A DNA stretch of 64,000 nucleotides from Gammaproteobacteria bacterium (GTDB lineage Bacteria; Pseudomonadota; Gammaproteobacteria; SZUA-152): contig JAADGF010000096.1 in assembly GCA_013152545.1 (NCBI GenBank), positions 19,110 through 83,109 of the forward strand, in the 5' to 3' direction. Positions 58,475 to 64,000 of this stretch are shown here, one piece after another. The position numbers and the translations under genes were made by a program. The notes beneath the pieces were generated by a model. It saw only the letters and a list, made by a program, of their open reading frames with translations. It searched no databases and was not told where the DNA came from. The first letter of the stretch is position 1. Every line of letters starts with the position of its first letter.

Positions 58475-59200
58475 ATGCAAAAAATCATGGTTTTAAATGC
58501 CAAGGGAGGTTGTGGGAAAACCACAATCTCTACTAATCTTGCCGCATGTTATGCTAGTAGGGGGTATTATCCGGCTTTGCTGGATTATGATAATCAGGGG
58601 TCTGCCAGTAATTGGTTAAATATTCGTCCTGAACATGTGGCGCCTATTCATGGCATTGAAGCTCATCGGCAAAAACTGACTGTAACACGCAGTTGGCAGA
58701 TGCGTATGCCACCTAAAGTGGATCGAGTTATCATCGATACGCCTGCTGCCGCAAATAATCAGGAATTGACCAATTATGTGCGTCAATCCGACATTATTTT
58801 AATCCCGGTACTGCCTTCTCCCATTGATATTCATGCTACCACCGATTTTATAAAAGAAATATTAGTGATTGGTAAAATGCGTTCAGATACCTTTCGTGGG
58901 ATTGGTGCTGCGAACGGTACTCGAATTGGGGTAGTAGCTAACCGAGTTAAAGAAAACACCAAGGTTTATAATACCTTGCAAACCTTTTTAGCCAGTATCA
59001 AGATCCCCTTTATCACCGGATTTCGGGATAGCCAGTATTATGTGCATGCTTTTGTGGAAGGGGTAGGGATTCATGAATTGCGCGATACCCGCACGCAATA
59101 CCTTCGACAACAATGGCAGCCTTTATTGGACTGGATCGATGATACCGGCAATTTGGGCGATGATTCGTCGATAGGCATTGACCCCACAATATTAGGTTAA
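58475..59200 (+). CDS. ParA/MinD family ATPase (orphan)
   Basis: Deviant Walker A NAKGGCGKTT, DYDNQGS, IIDTP and GVVANRV; no parB adjacent. Confidence 0.9.
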   Translation: MQKIMVLNAKGGCGKTTISTNLAACYASRGYYPALLDYDNQGSASNWLNIRPEHVAPIHGIEAHRQKLTVTRSWQMRMPPKVDRVIIDTPAAANNQELTNYVRQSDIILIPVLPSPIDIHATTDFIKEILVIGKMRSDTFRGIGAANGTRIGVVANRVKENTKVYNTLQTFLASIKIPFITGFRDSQYYVHAFVEGVGIHELRDTRTQYLRQQWQPLLDWIDDTGNLGDDSSIGIDPTILG

Positions 59201-59411
59201 TGCGGTCGTAACGCGACTCACAGCCCCTCCCTCTTAAGTGTGTCTGATTGTTGCGTTTTTTTGCGTCAGCTTTTGTGTCACTGTTGCTTTACCTTGTTGA
59301 GAATAGTTAGAGCATACCTATCCTTGGGTAAATCTGTGTCATCAGCGTTTGTAGTAGATTCAACTGATTAATTTAGGTTGAATGTTTGTTGTGTAACGAA
59401 TGGACTGTTTG

Positions 59412-60089
59412 TCATCCGCAACTGGTGTCGAGTTTTTTTCTTAAGCTAATGATTTTCCAGTGATTTTGTTTCGCATGTTGCGTCAGTTCGGTATCGGGGT
59501 CCACGGCCACTGGGTGACTCACCAGGGATAGCAGGGGAATATCGTTGTGAGAATCACTATAGAACCAGCTATCTTTTAAAGTGTGTGTTGTTTGAGTAAG
59601 CCATTGCTCCAATCGTTCGACTTTACCATGTTGAAAACAGGGTGTGCCTGATACTCGTCCGGTGTAACGGCCATCCACAAGCTCGGGATTGGTTGCAATG
59701 AGTGTTTCGATACTGAGACGCTTTGCGATGGGCGCGGCAACAAAATGGTTTGTAGCCGTAATGATTAATGTATGGTCTCCTTTCGCTTTATGTTTATTAA
59801 TTAATTTTATGGCTTTTGGAAGGATTATGGCTTCTATTTTCTGGTGCATAAATATCTGGTGCAGGCGAGAGAGTGATGCTATATCATTTTCTGATAGTGG
59901 TTTTAAGCTAAAGTTGAGAAATTCGAAAATATTCAGCGTGCCGGATTTATATTGCTCATAAAATCGGTTATTTTCTTTTTTATGCAAAATACTGTTAACG
60001 AGCCCTTGTTCTACAAGGAATTCTCCCCATAAATAATCGCTATCGCCATTAAGTAAGGTATTGTCCAGATCAAAAATTGCTAAACTCAA
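59412..60089 (-). CDS. HAD-IB family hydrolase (SerB-like)
   Basis: FDLDNTL motif I, ITAT, K motif and FYSDSHND motif IV; usual divergent neighbour of rppH. Confidence 0.9.
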   Translation of the reverse strand: MSLAIFDLDNTLLNGDSDYLWGEFLVEQGLVNSILHKKENNRFYEQYKSGTLNIFEFLNFSLKPLSENDIASLSRLHQIFMHQKIEAIILPKAIKLINKHKAKGDHTLIITATNHFVAAPIAKRLSIETLIATNPELVDGRYTGRVSGTPCFQHGKVERLEQWLTQTTHTLKDSWFYSDSHNDIPLLSLVSHPVAVDPDTELTQHAKQNHWKIISLRKKLDTSCG

Positions 60090-60269
60090 ACGTAACTCCC
60101 TATTTGATTGCGTTGCAAATGCGGATTTTCAACTAAAATTGATCTTGTAGAATGCCATGTGAAACTGGTAGGTTCAATGTTCTGGGTACAAAATGGGGTT
60201 GTAAGTTTGCCTAACTGGACTTGCCAGTGAAAAATCACCATATCCACACATAAAATAATTGATTAGCCA

Positions 60270-60737
60270 GTGATAGACTCAGAAGGGTATAGGTTCAATG
60301 TTGGTATCATTTTAAGTAATGCTAATGCTCAAGTTTTATGGGCCAGGCGGATTGGCCAAACTGCATGGCAATTTCCTCAAGGTGGTATCAAAGAAGGTGA
60401 AACGCCGCAGCAAGCGCTTTTCCGTGAATTAGGGGAAGAGGTCGGTTTGTACGCTGAGCATGTGGATATTTTGGGTTCAACTCAAGGTTGGTTGAAATAT
60501 CGGTTGCCAAAATCGCTGATGCGCAATGATGAGAAACCAATGTGTATTGGTCAAAAACAGGTTTGGTATCTGTTACGGTTTTTAGGTGATGAGTCTGATG
60601 TGAATTTAGCATATGGCAAGCGTCCTGAATTCGATGACTGGCGTTGGGTGGATTATTGGCACCCTATAAAAGAGATTATCGGGTTTAAAAAAGCCGTGTA
60701 TCAGCAGGCATTGTCGGAATTGGCGCCTTTGCTCTGA
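60270..60737 (+). CDS. rppH: RNA pyrophosphohydrolase
   Basis: IDSEGYRFNVGI, Nudix box WQFPQGG..RELGEEVG and GQKQVW. Confidence 0.97.
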   Translation: MIDSEGYRFNVGIILSNANAQVLWARRIGQTAWQFPQGGIKEGETPQQALFRELGEEVGLYAEHVDILGSTQGWLKYRLPKSLMRNDEKPMCIGQKQVWYLLRFLGDESDVNLAYGKRPEFDDWRWVDYWHPIKEIIGFKKAVYQQALSELAPLL

Positions 60738-60764
60738 GTGTGTGCACCTTGAAATAGTGTTTTA

Positions 60765-60795
60765 TATACCCGAAGTCTCAAGCGCTATGGGCATA
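60765..60795. repeat. Collapsed MITE family B remnant
   Basis: TATACCC ... TCTCAAGCGCTATGGGCATA. Confidence 0.6.
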
Positions 60796-60930
60796 GAAAT
60801 GATGAACTTAAAATATCGATTAACTTTAAGTGGCTGTTGTTTTAAGTCAACAAAAGCCATTGCTCAGAATGCCGGTTGCTTAACGATGTAGGCTGCAATG
60901 AAGCCGAGTATATAATACAAAGAAAGGGTT

Positions 60931-63198
60931 TTGATGCTTGACATTTTACGTCGCATTGTACAAGAAGTAAATGATGCTGCTGATATCAATCAGGCGCTGC
61001 ACATTATTGTGACGCGTGTGAAAAAAGCGATGAACGTGGATTTGTGTTCTGTTTATCTTTCTGATCATACCCGTAAGCAAAATGTTCTTATGGCCAGTGA
61101 TGGTTTAAATCCGGATGCTGTGGGTAATGTGCATATGGATTTTCATCAGGGCTTGACCGGGTTGGTGGGGATACGGGAAGAAGTGATTAATCTTGCTGAT
61201 GCACCAACGCATTCTCGTTACCAGTATATTCCTCAGTCCGGTGAAGAAAATTACCATGCCTATCTAGGCGTGCCTATTATTCGCCATCGCATATTATTAG
61301 GGGTGTTGGTTGTACAACGTTATGTGAGAAAGGAATTCGACGAGGACAGCGTTACCTTTTTAATAACTATTGCAGCACAGCTGTCAGGCGCTATTGCTCA
61401 TGCAGAGGCCAGTGGTGGTGTAAATATACTGCAACAAAAAAGCATGCGTAGAGCAGCCCCTTTTAGTGGCCAGCCGGGTTCACCTGGAATAGGAGTGGGC
61501 ACTGCCTTTGTTATTTACCCCTCTGCGGATTTAAATGCCATACCGGATCGATTTGTTGATGATGTCGAAAAAGAAGTAGGCGTTTTTACTAACGCGGTTG
61601 AAGCTGTACGAAACGATATTCGATCGATGTTGGTCCGGTTAACAGATAAATTGCCTGCGGAAGACCGTGCGTTGTTTGACGCCTATTTGTTAATGCTGGA
61701 AAGTGAGTCTTTGGTAGGTGATGTCATTGCAAAGATTCGGCAGGGGAATTGGGCGTCAGGTTCGTTACGGGACACTATTAAGGAGCATTTGCGCACGTTT
61801 GATGAAATGCTTGACCCCTATTTACGCGAAAGAGGTGAAGATATTCGTGACTTGGGGCGACGTATTTTAATGCGCTTGCAAAGTGGCGGGGATGCTAGGC
61901 CACGAAAATACCCGAAAAAAACCGTGCTTGTGGGGGAGGAGATAACCGCTTCCATGTTGGCGGAAGTACCTCCTGCGCAATTGGTCGGCGTAGTGTCGGT
62001 GTCAGGGTCCCGAACCTCCCATGTTGCAATTTTAGCGCGGGCCATGGGACTTGCAGCGGTGATGGGGACGGATTTTCCGGTGGGGCGTATCGATGCCATG
62101 GAAATTATTGTGGATGGTTATCGTGGACAGGTATATATATCGCCAACCCGGGCGATACTGGACGAGTTTTCCCGGCTAGCCCAGGAGGAGCAGGAACTCT
62201 CCGCAGACTTAATCTCCTTGCAGAATTTACCTTCCGAAACTCCGGATGGTGTCCATGTGCCCTTGTATATTAACAGTGGTTTGCTTGCTGACCAGATCCC
62301 TAAAGATATTAACGGGGCAGAAGGTATTGGTCTTTATCGGACTGAATTTCCTTTTATGATTCGTGAATGTTTTCCTGGCGAAGAGGAACAATATCAGATC
62401 TATCGCCAGGTATTACAGTCATTCAAGCATGGGCCTGTTACGCTGAGAACGCTTGATGTGGGTGGGGATAAAGCCTTGCCTTATTTTCCTATAAAGGAGG
62501 ATAATCCATTTTTAGGGTGGCGTGGCATACGTATTACCTTGGATCATCCTGAAATATTCCTGGTACAGCTGCGAGCTATGTTGCGAGCCAGCGAGACACT
62601 GAATAACATGAATTTGTTATTGCCAATGATTAACAGTGTGCATGAAGTGGATGAGTCGTTGGCAATTCTGAAACGTGCCTATAATGAACTGGTCGAGGAA
62701 GGTTTTGCCATTCAAATGCCCAAGGTAGGTGTTATGATTGAAGTGCCTTCTGCGGTTTATCAGGTACGAGAAATTGCCCGCCGTATTGATTATTTGTCGG
62801 TAGGTACCAATGACCTGACTCAGTATTTATTGGCCGTGGATCGAAATAACTCCAGGGTGGCATCGTCTTATGATGCGTTGCATCCCTCTGTGCTCAGAGC
62901 ATTGGTACAAGTGGTTGAGGGTGCTCATGCTGAGTGTAAACCCGTGGCGGTGTGCGGTGAAATGGCTGGTGATCCGGCTTCAGTGCTTCTGCTCATTGGT
63001 ATGGGGGTTGACAGCTTAAGCATGAGTGTGGCTAATTTACCGCGCATTAAATGGGTAGTGCGAAATTTTACTTCTGGTCGTGCAAAACGTTTGCTGGAAG
63101 AAGCATTAAGTTGCGAAACCACCGATGTTATTCGTGCCCGATTAAATAGTGTGTTGGAAGAGGCGGGGTTGGGTGGTTTGATACGGGCAGGCCGTTAA
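60931..63198 (+). CDS. ptsP: Phosphoenolpyruvate-protein phosphotransferase EI-Ntr
   Basis: N-terminal GAF domain, TSHVAI phospho-His, GLYRTEF, NPFLGWRG, GTNDL and CGEMAG; follows rppH. Confidence 0.96.
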   Translation: MMLDILRRIVQEVNDAADINQALHIIVTRVKKAMNVDLCSVYLSDHTRKQNVLMASDGLNPDAVGNVHMDFHQGLTGLVGIREEVINLADAPTHSRYQYIPQSGEENYHAYLGVPIIRHRILLGVLVVQRYVRKEFDEDSVTFLITIAAQLSGAIAHAEASGGVNILQQKSMRRAAPFSGQPGSPGIGVGTAFVIYPSADLNAIPDRFVDDVEKEVGVFTNAVEAVRNDIRSMLVRLTDKLPAEDRALFDAYLLMLESESLVGDVIAKIRQGNWASGSLRDTIKEHLRTFDEMLDPYLRERGEDIRDLGRRILMRLQSGGDARPRKYPKKTVLVGEEITASMLAEVPPAQLVGVVSVSGSRTSHVAILARAMGLAAVMGTDFPVGRIDAMEIIVDGYRGQVYISPTRAILDEFSRLAQEEQELSADLISLQNLPSETPDGVHVPLYINSGLLADQIPKDINGAEGIGLYRTEFPFMIRECFPGEEEQYQIYRQVLQSFKHGPVTLRTLDVGGDKALPYFPIKEDNPFLGWRGIRITLDHPEIFLVQLRAMLRASETLNNMNLLLPMINSVHEVDESLAILKRAYNELVEEGFAIQMPKVGVMIEVPSAVYQVREIARRIDYLSVGTNDLTQYLLAVDRNNSRVASSYDALHPSVLRALVQVVEGAHAECKPVAVCGEMAGDPASVLLLIGMGVDSLSMSVANLPRIKWVVRNFTSGRAKRLLEEALSCETTDVIRARLNSVLEEAGLGGLIRAGR

Positions 63199-63219
63199 AG
63201 GCCATGCGTGCACCATAAC

Positions 63220-63323
63220 TATACCCATGACGCTAGCGTTTTAGGTGTTAAGAATTAAGAAAACGCCCGTGGACGAGTTTATTTAGCTAGGTTAACACCT
63301 AAATCTCAAACGCTATGGGTATA
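63220..63323. mobile_element. MITE family B, short copy
   Basis: TATACCCATG..TTTAGGTGTTAA ... TTAACACCTAAATCTCAAACGCTATGGGTATA inverted ends, between convergent genes. Confidence 0.78.
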
Positions 63324-63330
63324 TTCGGAT

Positions 63331-64000
63331 TTAAAACGAAAAACCCACCTCCAGGTAGGTTTTATCTTCTCCGCCTTCATCAAAACCATGGGCGTAACCC
63401 AGGCGCAAATTAAGGGGAATGAAATAGCCTAGCACCAGCTCGGTATTAATTTCCACACCTGCACTGTGCGATAAATCAGAAAGTTCGTTGCCTTTTTCCC
63501 ATGCATTGCCCGCACTATAAAAAAGTGTACCGTGAAACTGGTGGATACCAATGGGAGGGGCCATGATGCCCTTTTCCAGCAGATACACTGGGAATCGCCA
63601 TTCCAATTCAGTCAGCGCCATGCGGCGACCAATTAAATTAGGTAAACCTTCAGGGTAACCCCGTAAGGCATAATCGCGTTTATTGAATACTTCAGTGGTT
63701 GATGTGGACAGCGCGACACTGGGTGGTGATAAAAAGAAGCCGTCACTGCTACCACCTAAACGAAATCGGTTAGGGGAGTCTGTGCCCCACCCCCAAACCA
63801 GGCGAGCCGCTAGGACATGTTTGTGGCCGAGGCTTATTAGGGCGCGCCAGTCCAAAGTATATACCTGTCCACTAAAATCGTTATCACCAAAAATGTTCTC
63901 CAAGGCCTCGCTATCTTCTACGACAGCACGAAATCGCTGACCGTTCTCGGTGCTGATACCACGTGGGTAGCGTTTGCTGGAATTAAAGCTAATTGCTGTG
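63331..64000 (-). CDS. BamA/TamA (Omp85) family outer-membrane beta-barrel, C-terminal part (5' end outside window)
   Basis: The frame is open to the window edge. Contains ALRGYP (Omp85 VRGY-like loop), amphipathic beta strands and a terminal Phe (GFSF). Confidence 0.82.
   Translation of the reverse strand, partial: TAISFNSSKRYPRGISTENGQRFRAVVEDSEALENIFGDNDFSGQVYTLDWRALISLGHKHVLAARLVWGWGTDSPNRFRLGGSSDGFFLSPPSVALSTSTTEVFNKRDYALRGYPEGLPNLIGRRMALTELEWRFPVYLLEKGIMAPPIGIHQFHGTLFYSAGNAWEKGNELSDLSHSAGVEINTELVLGYFIPLNLRLGYAHGFDEGGEDKTYLEVGFSF

Noticed and set aside
1-64000. CRISPR array or cas genes (prompted by the CHAT + ECF sigma pairing)
   Set aside because: No regularly spaced repeats with unique spacers and no Cas7-11 or other cas-like ORF. 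The repeats found are dispersed inverted-repeat elements.
1-64000. tRNA, rRNA and known riboswitches
   Set aside because: No cloverleaf with a T-loop and acceptor stem, and no TPP, cobalamin or c-di-GMP consensus recognised by eye. An Infernal/Rfam scan would be decisive.

Overview
Chromosomal segment of a moderately AT-rich gammaproteobacterium, judged from the glnA, plsY-folB-folK, uppP, apaH, pstCAB-phoU, hemE, ppk1/ppx and rppH-ptsP genes. Housekeeping genes alternate with accessory blocks. (1) At 13.2-20.0 kb: a lipobox-bearing SAM methyltransferase, an EamA transporter, a NitT/TauT-type ABC importer and a HemN-like radical SAM enzyme. (2) At 31.6-38.7 kb, the best candidate for an undescribed system: a co-directional operon with an ECF sigma factor, a zinc-binding transmembrane anti-sigma, an exported M48 metalloprotease-TPR, an exported TPR-CHAT caspase-like protease with its His/Cys dyad intact, a 69-aa small protein and a HEAT-repeat protein. 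No CRISPR is present. (3) At 48.8-56.1 kb: three FNR boxes with class II spacing, upstream of a novel monoheme cytochrome c, an orphan HupH/HyaF-like gene and a MacAB-like exporter. (4) At 56.2-57.7 kb: an AT-rich dehydratase next to an IS1 insA remnant. Intergenic DNA carries at least three families of miniature inverted-repeat elements; one inserts at CTAG sites overlapping stop codons. Clear regulatory sites are a sigma54 promoter with NtrC enhancer for glnA and a Pho box that implies a leaderless pstC mRNA. No rRNA, tRNA or CRISPR array was recognised. All family assignments come from motif recognition by eye; no database search was run.
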